From: Wallemia ichthyophaga EXF-994
Taxonomy: Eukaryota > Fungi > Basidiomycota
Reading direction: 5' to 3'
Length of the DNA stretch: 32,000 nucleotides
Assembly (NCBI RefSeq): GCF_000400465.1
Contig: NW_008806283.1
Span: forward strand, 270,001 to 302,000
Shown here: positions 22,916-32,000 of the stretch, piece after piece
Layout of the letters: the number at the start of each line of letters is the position of its first letter
How positions within the stretch are numbered: position 1 is the stretch's first letter
Program-made: the position numbers and the translations under genes
The notes under the pieces: model-generated
What the model was told of the DNA's origin: nothing
What the model saw: only the letters and a program-made list of their open reading frames with translations
The model's database searches: none

Positions 22916-23386
22916 TTATATTCTCATCTTATTCTCCACAATCTCAATCCAGTAGCCGTCTGGGTCGAGGATAAATGCAATATTCCTCATCTTGCCATCT
23001 GTTAGACGCTTCTTCCAAGCTACTTTCTGCTCCTCAAAGTAATCACACGCGGCAACTATATCGGGCACCGTAATAGCAATATGTCCAAAGCCTCGGTAAG
23101 GCTCTGTGTTGCCATTCGCGTATGTCACATCCTGCGACTCAGTGCCGTGATTGTAAGTGAGCTCTAAGACGCCCTCTCTCGAGAACTTGCTAGCTTTCCT
23201 TTCCGACTCGCTTCCAGCGCCGTCGAAAGCGAGAAAGAAAAGTGTAAAATCGCCACCTTCGAACGAGTCGAGAAGGCTCATACCCAGAATGCGCGTGTAG
23301 AAATCAAGTGAGGCTTTGTAATTCTTCACTCTGTACATCGTGTGATTGAATTGGAAGCCTGATGTGGGATTGGAGTTTGTTGACAT
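22916..23386 (-). CDS. GLO1: Lactoylglutathione lyase (glyoxalase I), single-domain form
   Basis: FNHTMYRVK..KASLDFYTRILGM, LELTYNHGTE, GFGHIAI and FILDPDGYWIEI. Confidence 0.95.
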   Translation of the reverse strand: MSTNSNPTSGFQFNHTMYRVKNYKASLDFYTRILGMSLLDSFEGGDFTLFFLAFDGAGSESERKASKFSREGVLELTYNHGTESQDVTYANGNTEPYRGFGHIAITVPDIVAACDYFEEQKVAWKKRLTDGKMRNIAFILDPDGYWIEIVENKMRI

Positions 23387-23521
23387 TCTTCTTCACCGTG
23401 GCGATCCAAAAGATCCAGAAGCGGCAAAGCAAGATAAATTAAGAGTCAAATGACTGCTGCCCGCGTTCATTTGTACAGTTTAAGCTTTTTTTACGCATGC
23501 GCAGTTTCCACCGGCCATTCA

Positions 23522-23548
23522 TTTTACTCCTTTTACTCCTTTTACTCC
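23522..23548 (+). repeat. Tandem TTTTACTCC x3 in the GLO1/GH16 divergent intergenic region
   Basis: Read directly from the sequence. Confidence 0.75.
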
Positions 23549-23840
23549 GAGACAACAAAGAACGTCGCGGAGTATGCAGTGCTGCGACACACACTAAAAC
23601 CCTAATGCATCCAATTACCTCATTCGAACAACCTGGCGGAAAAGGAAAGTCAGACAAGTCAGACATGTGCGCGTTAGGAAGGTGGGAACGAAAGTCCGCA
23701 TAATTGGCATTAACTCGTTTCTAGACTTGATTGTAGTCTTGATAGGGGCTGAATACGATACGTAAATTCAGCAAGGGCGTAGTATAAAAGCCCATAAGAC
23801 ATCTTTTACTCAAAACCACACTACGCAAGACACAGAAAAA

Positions 23841-24956
23841 ATGCACCAGTCTCTCAATTATATCGCTCTGGCATTGCTTCTAGCAGTCCCCCAAACCCTA
23901 GCGCACACTTCACGCGCCACGGCTGCTGGATACACACTTAAGAATTCCTATGAAGGAGAGACATTTTTCGACGGCTTCACTTTCTTTATCTATGACGATC
24001 CAACGGCGTGAGTAGAAACATGGTTGCATACCGAATGACAATGCTAACGATGCTGCTACAGAGGAGCCGTAAAGTAAGCGGGTGAAAATATTCTACATCC
24101 CATCTAACACCCTCCACAGCTACGTCGACAAAGCGACAGCGTTCAGCAAGGGCCTAGCGGGGTATGATTCAGGCACTCCGTACATCCAGTTCGACAATTG
24201 GTCACAGCTGTCCGCGACTGGCGATGGCAAACGCGACTCTGTGCGCATCCAGAGCGACGACTCATGGAATGGGGGAGTTTTGACATTCGACGTAGCTCAA
24301 ATGCCCTATGGACTGGGCACATGGCCTGCTTTCTGGACGAACGGTCCCGACTGGCCCAATGGCGGGGAGCTCGATATTATCGAGGGAATCAACAACGATA
24401 CCTATAACCACGTCACTATACACACATATGACGGGTGCACTCAAAGCGGGACGGCGGCAGCCATCGGCGAGTACAGCTCAGAGACGCACGACTGCTCTGG
24501 CTTCACGCCCACCAATAGCGGATGTGGGTTTGAGGACCCCAATCCGAACAGCTATGGCGAGGGGCTGAATAACGGGGGCGGGGGTGTGTTTGCAACAGAG
24601 TGGGATGTTGACGCGGGAACTTTAAAGACGTGGTTCTTTCCGCGCCTCCTCATCCCCCAAGACATCCTTAACAACAGTCCCAACCCTCAAAATTGGGGTC
24701 AGCCAGTCTCGCACTTTGTTAGCGATAGTTGCGACTTGAGCACGTTTACGAATCATAGCATCATCCTTAATACCACTTTGTGTGGGTATTATGGTGGGTA
24801 AAGACATGATGTATCAAAGTATCAAAACTAACACTCCTGCCAGCTGGAAACAACTTCCCTAATGGTGGCCTGGAGGCATGCAATGAGTTCATCCGCGATC
24901 CATCTAATCTCCCTAACAACAAATGGGTCGTCAACTCAATCAGGGTGTACGAATAG
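23841..24956 (+). CDS. Secreted GH16 endo-1,3(4)-beta-glucanase (Lam16/MLG-type)
   Basis: Signal-like N-terminus MHQSLNYIALALLLAVP. Introns 24008-24061, 24074-24119 and one near 24794-24843. Motifs GTWPAFWT.G..WP.GGELDIIEG (catalytic ExDxxE), GGGVFATEW, LNTTLCG and WVVNSIRVYE. Confidence 0.93.
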
Positions 24957-25112
24957 AATGTGAATGGAGTACGCATGTGGTGTACATTTACCACATTCTA
25001 TTTTTCTATCTTTTCCTCTTTTTTCTCGTGTATAATTAGTAAAACAGAGTATTACATTCACCTTATTTCTCAAAGTAAAATACAAATCACCTTTGTTACA
25101 ATACGCCTCAGA

Positions 25113-27660
25113 CTAACCTTTCTTACCCGTGTGTGCAACTTTTGTCCAATTATCCTCCAAGAAGCGGGTTAGCCAGACGAAGAGTTCTTTGTAGGCGCCG
25201 CGGGTATGAATGGAGTGATTAGAGTCCGTGAAAGGTCTAAAAGCGAAGTCCTGCACGCCTTCTTGGGTGAGCAGATCGAGAAGGTGAGCGGAATGAGCAA
25301 AGTGTACGTTATCGTCACCAGTGCCATGAGCGAGGGCGAAGTTATGAAACTGGGAGACATTCCTGACAGCAGCATCAGCATAACCATGAGCATTAGCGTT
25401 TTGGTCTGGTGACGACATGTATCGTTCGGTGTAGATGCTATCGTACAGACGCCAATCGGTCACGGGCGCCACCGCCATAGCGAGGCTGAAAATATCGCTA
25501 GCGCCTTCCATGCATTTTGCAGTGAGATAGCCGCCATACGACCAACCCCACACGCCCATTCTTGTTGCATCCACGTATTCCTTTTGGGCGTAATAGCTCG
25601 CGAGTGCTCCCATATCATCCACTTCTACTTGACCCAATCTGTCAGTAACGACGTTGCGGTGACGCCGCCCACGCTTACCCGACCCGCGCACATCGACATG
25701 CACTACTATGTACCCGTGCACACTGGCCAGGTAGTCGCTCCACTGCACTCTGAATCGCTGATCCACCGCTTGCGAGTCGGGACCACCGTATACCTGGAAC
25801 AAGACGGGTCGTTTCTGTTTGTGGTGCTTGGCAGAATCGTCAAAATTCCCTGGTCGTACCTCGCGGATTTGTATCTCTGTCTCGTTGAGCGTGATCGTGT
25901 CGTAGTGGATCTGCGCCATGGCGTGCTGTTTGAGTGTGTTGTTGAGGGCTATGTTTTGCTCCACGCTGATGCTGACATCACTATCCACCGCGCGGATATC
26001 TTGCATTGGTACACGTGGTCCCTCGTAGTTGAGCGTGTAGAAGGAGGCGTCGGGATTGAAAGCCGCTGAGTACTTAGCGGGCACGCTCACGTCTGTGAGA
26101 TTTACTGGAGTTTCTATGGCAATGCTGTCGTTGTCGTCGTCCTTGCTGTCAATCGTGGGCAGGCTGACTGTAAGAATGTGCCTGTCAATCGGGGTCGGAT
26201 AGGCAGCGGAGAAGAAGACGTTTCTCTGCACCGCACTGACTGCCAACACACCTTCCACTTCCCATTGCCCGCCAGTAAGAAAGATGGGGAGCGAGGCGTT
26301 GCTGGAGGTGTAGAAGGCGATGTGGTTGTACCCCTGCTCGTTGGGGACTATATCGAGGTACGCACTACCTTCAAGCCCTTCCACCCCCTCCACGCCGCGG
26401 ATGGTCTGCTGGCAGTCAATCCATCCACCGTCGGAAGGTGAGATATCGCGCACAGTAACGCCCTCCACGTATTCGGCGTCTGGGGATATATGGGTGAAGT
26501 TGAAAAGGACAACAGACCCTTGGCGGGAAGAGCGATTGGTCTCTTTAACAAGAAGAGTTTTGCTGCTCGACCAAGCCACGTCTATAATGAGGCGATCGTC
26601 GCGTGTTTCAGGAAAGTTGAGGGTGTATGTGTGACTATTGACGAGGGAGTATACGCTGAGTTTTACTGTGGGGTTAGGAGTGCCAGGCTGAGGGTACTTT
26701 ATGCGTAACTGGGGTGTGTTAGTCTTGTTAGCTGTTCTTCTTGGATTAGAAACGCCTACACACATCCTCAGGGTACTGGGCAATGTTCTCGGCACTGTTC
26801 GTTGGATTGTAGATGGGGATTGAATATTCGCCAACTTTGGCTTCATCGAGGGTGAGATAAGCCAGCAAATCACTCGCGCTGTTCCACCAGGTTGCGTCGT
26901 GGGTGCTGAACACTTCCTCCTCATACACCCAGTCAGTGACACCGTTGAACGTGCTGTCTGTGCCCGTTTCTGTGATTCTGACAGACTGTGGAGGATCTTT
27001 CGAAACGTCGCGGGAATGTACGAGGTAGAGGTCGTTGGAGATGCAATAAACCAATGAATGGCCAGATGGGGACCATTTAGCGAGGGATATTGAGGGTGGA
27101 GATGTTAAGTCGTGTAGTGGGTGGGTTGAGTTTGATTCAATTGAATGAATGTGATAATTAGCGTAACTGGAATGTCTGAATTGTTGAAGGGTGTCTGATT
27201 TAAGGAGGATAAAGTTCAAATCAGGGCTAATTGTGAAGCTGTCCAAGTCGAGTGGATTTCCATCGATATCAAACACTTCTCCAGCCTTTACTAGAGTTTT
27301 AGTGGTGTTATCATTCAAATAAACCAATTCAATAGCCCCACTCTCGTCAGTACGCGTGTAAACACCATCGCCATCACCATTTATCCAACTAATATCACTC
27401 GTAAAACTCTCAAATGTCTCATCGAACAGTTTATCGAGTGTAAATGGCTGCTGTTTGGAGATTCCAATATGATGTTCGTATGTAAATCCGGCGATAGTGC
27501 CAAATACGCTTGAGATTATAGTGATTGATGTGAGAATAAAGGGGATTAACCAACGCCTTGGTGGCTGTTGGGGCTGTTGGGGCTGTTGCTGCTGCTCCTC
27601 GTCATAATCGTAGCCAATGCCATCATCTTGGTCATCGTGGTCATCGTAATCGTACTTCAT
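25113..27660 (-). CDS. Type II membrane dipeptidyl aminopeptidase (S9B, DPP4/Dap2/Ste13-like)
   Basis: ATG at 27660, acidic tail, then a TM helix. Motifs NGVTDWVYEEE, YPED|LRIKYPQPG (intron near 26762-26709), VYGGPDSQ, GVWGWSYGGY, YDSIYTERYM, HGTGDDNVHFAHS and FTDSNH. Confidence 0.95.
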
Positions 27661-27684
27661 AGTTGGTCGTTGCCTTCCAACAAA

Positions 27685-28731
27685 ATGCCCCACATCCTGT
27701 CTATCCAATCCCACGTCTCGTATGGCTATGTGGGTAACCGCGCAGCCACATTTCCACTCCAGCTGCTAGGCTGGGATGTAGATGCCGTCAACACTGTCAA
27801 CTACTCCAATCACGCTGGTTATCGGAATTTCACCGGCACAAAGGTGACACCTGCCGATCTCCACGGGATGTTGTCCACGCTGGAAGACAACGGGATGATG
27901 GGTCAGGAGTATATCCTCACTGGATACACCCCTGATGCACGATCACTCTCCATCGTAGAAGCATACATACAGCGAATCAAACAGGCCTCGCACGCTACAT
28001 ACCTCCTAGATCCGGTAATGGGGGATAACAATCGTCTTTACGTCGATAGCGACACAGTCCCCGTCTATAAATCCATGCTCAAGCTCGCGGATATCATCAC
28101 ACCGAATGGCTTCGAGGTGGAGTTGCTCACTGGTGTGGCACTCAACACGCGCGGAGACATTAAGAATGCGCTTGATGTGCTGCATAATTCATACGGGGTA
28201 CCTCATGTTGTCATCAGTTCGGTGGAGCTGGAGCTGGAGCCTGAGATTGGCGGTGGTAATACTAAGCCTGAGCATGGGGAAATAATCAAGCCTACCATAT
28301 TATCCACAATCATCAGCTCAAGCACCCTAAACAGCTTCAACAGCTTCAACAGCTTCAACACCTCAAACACACAAACTCGTATCCTCCAGTACCCCCTGAT
28401 TGAAGGGAATTTCAACGGCGTAGGCGACATCTTCTCAGCACTCCTCCTCGCTAATTGCGAATCGAGTGCGAGGAACGTGCGCGGCGTAATTGAGATAGAC
28501 ACTCTCACTTCAGCGACTGAGAAGACGGTGGGTAGTATACAGGCTGTACTTAACAACACTCGCAATTACGCGGCGTCAATACTCCCGGAGAACATCGATG
28601 ATATTGTCGAGAACGACCAGTCTAACTCATCACGCATCTGGCGTCAAAGGGTTCGAGAGTTGCGTTTGGTGCAGAGTCAGGATGAGATTAAAGCGCCGAG
28701 GATTCTTCATAGAGCAACAGAATTCGTTTAA
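27685..28731 (+). CDS. Pyridoxal kinase (PdxK/PdxY, Bud16/Bud17-like)
   Basis: ATG at 27685: MPHILSIQSHVSYGYVGNRAATFPLQLLGWDVDAVNTV.YSNHAGY; also LLDPVMGDN.RLYV, ITPNGFE and FNGVGDIFSALL. Confidence 0.95.
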   Translation: MPHILSIQSHVSYGYVGNRAATFPLQLLGWDVDAVNTVNYSNHAGYRNFTGTKVTPADLHGMLSTLEDNGMMGQEYILTGYTPDARSLSIVEAYIQRIKQASHATYLLDPVMGDNNRLYVDSDTVPVYKSMLKLADIITPNGFEVELLTGVALNTRGDIKNALDVLHNSYGVPHVVISSVELELEPEIGGGNTKPEHGEIIKPTILSTIISSSTLNSFNSFNSFNTSNTQTRILQYPLIEGNFNGVGDIFSALLLANCESSARNVRGVIEIDTLTSATEKTVGSIQAVLNNTRNYAASILPENIDDIVENDQSNSSRIWRQRVRELRLVQSQDEIKAPRILHRATEFV

Positions 28732-28910
28732 AGTAGAAAAGTAAACTGTGTAGACATACATATAGACTTAGACATAAGAATGGAATTTGCATATATACAT
28801 ATACAAACCCCCTCACACAAGAAATATACACGCTTTTTTTACATTGTGCTCTTTTACACTAACCTGATTTTCTACAACGGATGTATCTCCTTTAGGCTGC
28901 GAAGCGACCT

Positions 28911-30538
28911 CTAAAACCTCATGAAACGCTGATAGACAGAATTCTCAGTCTCGTCTACGTACTGGTAGCCGAGGTGATTGAGGGAAGTTTCGAAAGCCTG
29001 GGTGTCTGAAGGGGGGACCTGAATACCCGTGAGCACTTTGCTGACGTCTGTAAGGCAAGTTAGCCAAGCACACAACTAAACGCCCACTCACCTCCACCGA
29101 GATTCCTGTAGTGGAACAGCGAAATGTTCCAGTTGGGGTTGAGAGCGGTAAGGAATTTCCTGAGGGCGTTCGGGCGTTCAGGGAATTCGAACGCGATGAG
29201 GCGCTCATTGGTACACGATGACCTGCCTCCAATGAGATACCTCGCGTGAGATTTAGCGAGGTCATTATCGGATACATCGAGTGCGTCGAAGCCGAGACTG
29301 CGAATTTTGGTGATGACATTTGCGATCATAGACTGGCGCTCGGATGGGGCTAGCGAGCTGCTGGCCGAGGGGAGGGAGAAGGAGCAGAAGATAACGGCAT
29401 CCTGTGCATGTGCTGGTGGGTGATCATCCGCATAGCGATACACAAACTCCGTCACGGCGAGGGGATGGATGGCAGAGTGCAGCTTCACAAACATTCCAGG
29501 CTCGTCTGGAATAGTGATGCTCAACATACACTCCCTGCCCTCTCCGATAGACGCCCTCTCCGCTACAAAGCGCAATCTGTCGAAATTCATATTCGCTCCG
29601 CTGACAACGGCCACAAAAGTCTTTCCAGAGTTGAGCAGATTGTTCTCGTAGATATACGACTTGAGCGCGGCAACCGAGAGCGCACCTGCAGGTTCGGGGA
29701 TGGAGCGGGTGTCTTCAAAGACGTCTTTGATAGCTGCGCAGATAGCGTCGTTGTCGACGAGTTGGATGTGATCTATGAGTTGCTGGCAGATGCGGAAGGG
29801 TTCTTCGCCGACTATCCTAACGGCCGTACCATCACTAAACACACCAACATCGTCGAGCATCACCCTATGACCAGCTTTGATGGACCTGGACAGGGCATCG
29901 CCGTCCAACGTCTCAGCACCCATCATCTTGACATTATCGGGGGCTATGCGCTTGATATACTCGCTCATACCGCTAATCAAACCACCACCGCCGACGCTGC
30001 AAAAGACAGAGTCAACGTGGGACATGTCAATTTGGCGGGTGAGTTCGACGGCAGCAGTACCCTGGCCGGCGATGATGTAAGGATGGTCATAAGGAGGGAC
30101 GTAGGTGAGGTGGAGGTCGTGCGCGAGCCTGAAACATTCGGCTTTTGCATCATCAAAAGAGTCGCCGTGGAGGATGACCTTGGCGCCAAGCCTGTCGACG
30201 TTCTTCCACTTGATGGATGGAGTGTTCTTGGGCATGAGGATGGTGCAGGGGATATCAAGGTGTGAGCCAGCGAGAGCAACGCCCTGGGCGTGGTTTCCAG
30301 CAGAGCAAGTTATGACGCCTCTCCACCGATCCTGTGTGGGGATGTGGGCCATGAAGTTGTACGCGCCTCTGCATTTGAAAGAGAAGACAGGGTGGAGGTC
30401 TTCTCGCTTGAGGTGGATGTTGCAGCCGAGGCGATTTGAGAGGTTAGACGCCTTTGTGAGTGGCGTCTGCTGTAGAATATCATAGACCCGCGCATTTAAT
30501 ATCAATTTCAAATAATCCGTCTCCTGCGTGCCCGACAT
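28911..30538 (-). CDS. ILV1: Biosynthetic threonine dehydratase
   Basis: ATG at 30538: DYLKLILNARVY, LKREDLHPVFSFKCRGAYN (PLP lysine), SAGNHAQGV, SGANMNFDRLRFV and FEFPERPNAL. The last intron joins NLGG|DVSKVLTGIQVP, with stop at 28911. Confidence 0.96.
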
Positions 30539-30599
30539 GAATATTTTCTTTTTTGGTGGAAATTTAACCGTCGATAACGCTTGGAGGAAACCAACGACG

Positions 30600-31900
30600 A
30601 TGGCTGAAAAATTCCAAGTACCAAACGTTTCAATTAAGGAGTTGCTGGGTGCCATTCCGTGGGTTTCTCGTGGTCGCTGTATCCCCGCTAACACAGCCAC
30701 TCCAGCCCAGAATGTTTCCACCGCTCCGCGTTCAAGTCATCGCTATACGTCGTCCAAGACGTAATACTCTCAGCCATCCTCATCAAAGGCAGTTTCTATA
30801 TACCAATGATATCCCAAATGACTGACAGCCACTCACTCTCTCTTTTCATTTCTGCCTCGCTCTGGTCCCTCTTTTGGTTCGCTTTGGGCCTCGTTTGGAC
30901 TGGTTTGTGGGTCATTGCCCATGAATGCGGCCATCAAGCCTACTCCTCCCGCAAATCCATCAACAACTCTGTCGGTTTCGTCCTCCACTCCCTCCTCCTT
31001 GTCCCGTACCACAGCTGGAGAATTAGCCATGGAAAACACCACGCTGCCACCGGTCACATGTCTAGAGACCAGGTCTTTGTCCCTAAAACACGTGCTCAGA
31101 GAAATGGCCCTAAGCTCGACTATGAAGATGCTGATGAGAAAATTCTCACCGGTGTCGACATGCCTGAAGAAGAGCAGTTGAAGGTTTCTGAACTCCTCGA
31201 GGACGCTCCACTCGCCGTCTTTGTCAACCTCCTCCTCCAGCAGCTCATCGGCTGGCCAATGTACCTGGTTAGAAACGCTTCTGGTCAAAAGCACTATCCA
31301 AGAGGCACCAACCACTTCAACCCATCGTCTGCAATCTTTGACTCGCGTCATTTCTCCCAGATCATCGCTTCTGATTTGGGTATTGGCTTGGTTCTCGGCG
31401 GTCTCTACTATTGGGGTACACAGAGAGGTTTCACTGAGGTGGTCTCTTACTACCTCATTCCTTATCTCTGGGTAAACAACTGGCTTGTTTCCATCACTTT
31501 CCTCCAACACACTGACCCTGCTCTGCCTCACTACAGAGAGGGTATGTGGAACTTCCAAAGAGGTGCTCTCTGTACCATTGATCGCGTGTTCCTTGGACCT
31601 ATTGGTGCATACATCTTGCACGGTATCTGTGAAACTCACGTCGCTCACCACGTCTCATCAAAGATTCCACACTACAACGCATGGAAGGCAACTGATGCTT
31701 TAAAGGAGTACCTTGGACCACACTACCACTACTCAGACGACAACTTTATTGTGGCATTATACAAATCATACCGCGATTGCGTCTTTGTTGAAGATAAGGG
31801 TGATATTGTCTTTTACAAGGATGCTAGGGGTAGAGCTAGTCGTGTACCTGCAACGGATTCCAAGCAAGGATTCTCTGATTCTGGTATCGAATTGCAGTAA
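30600..31900 (+). CDS. FAD2: Delta-12 (omega-6) fatty acid desaturase
   Basis: ATG at 30600: P...IKELLGAIP|PECF, intron 30659-30705. Histidine boxes HECGH, HGKHH and HVAHH; also FLQHTDP.LPHY. Confidence 0.95.
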
Positions 31901-32000
31901 CTTTTTATTTCTCTGTCTTTTATTGGGTTTTGATGAATGATTTGTAAAGTTTTTGGTTTTATCTTATAAAAAAAAGTACACAATTGGTGTTTGTTGGTTA

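Noticed and set aside
27568-27684. Hydrophobic N-terminal extension of pyridoxal kinase shown in the ORF track
   Set aside because: It is the antisense reading of the peptidase's Asp/Gln-rich N-tail and begins at a non-ATG codon; the conserved start is at 27685.
20301-31900. Run of metabolic genes (ADE12, PAN6, GLO1, pyridoxal kinase, ILV1, FAD2) as a possible functional cluster
   Set aside because: The pathways are unrelated; the adjacency is explained by high gene density, although ILV1 does use PLP.
1-32000. tRNA, rRNA or CRISPR-like arrays
   Set aside because: No T-loop/cloverleaf, rRNA-like sequence or regularly spaced repeat array was seen; the short tandem repeats are coding low-complexity tracts or microsatellites.

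Overview
Eukaryotic DNA from a very gene-dense fungal genome with short (about 40-70 nt) GT-AG introns. The style suggests a compact basidiomycete such as Wallemia, but that is inference only. Housekeeping genes in order: 5' part of NOT1 (-), myo-inositol/sugar MFS transporter (-), NMT1 (-), lysyl-tRNA synthetase (+), ATG4 (+), DUF3140 protein (+), ADE12 (-), PAN6 (+), glyoxalase I (-), secreted GH16 glucanase (+), S9B dipeptidyl aminopeptidase (-), pyridoxal kinase (+), threonine dehydratase (-) and delta-12 fatty acid desaturase (+). Two ORF-poor accessory gaps break this pattern. The 4.2-6.9 kb gap holds a decayed DUF2235/Tle1-like alpha/beta-hydrolase pseudogene. The 9.2-13.0 kb gap holds the most interesting feature: three minus-strand ORFs that join in frame through two canonical introns into a Fanzor/TnpB-like protein (split RuvC plus zinc finger). 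Its acidic catalytic positions look altered and no transposase is adjacent. Other oddities are a 4-nt micro-exon, head-to-head gene pairs with start codons only 24 bp and 61 bp apart, and a likely dual-targeted LysRS. All assignments come from manual translation and remembered motifs; no database search was run.
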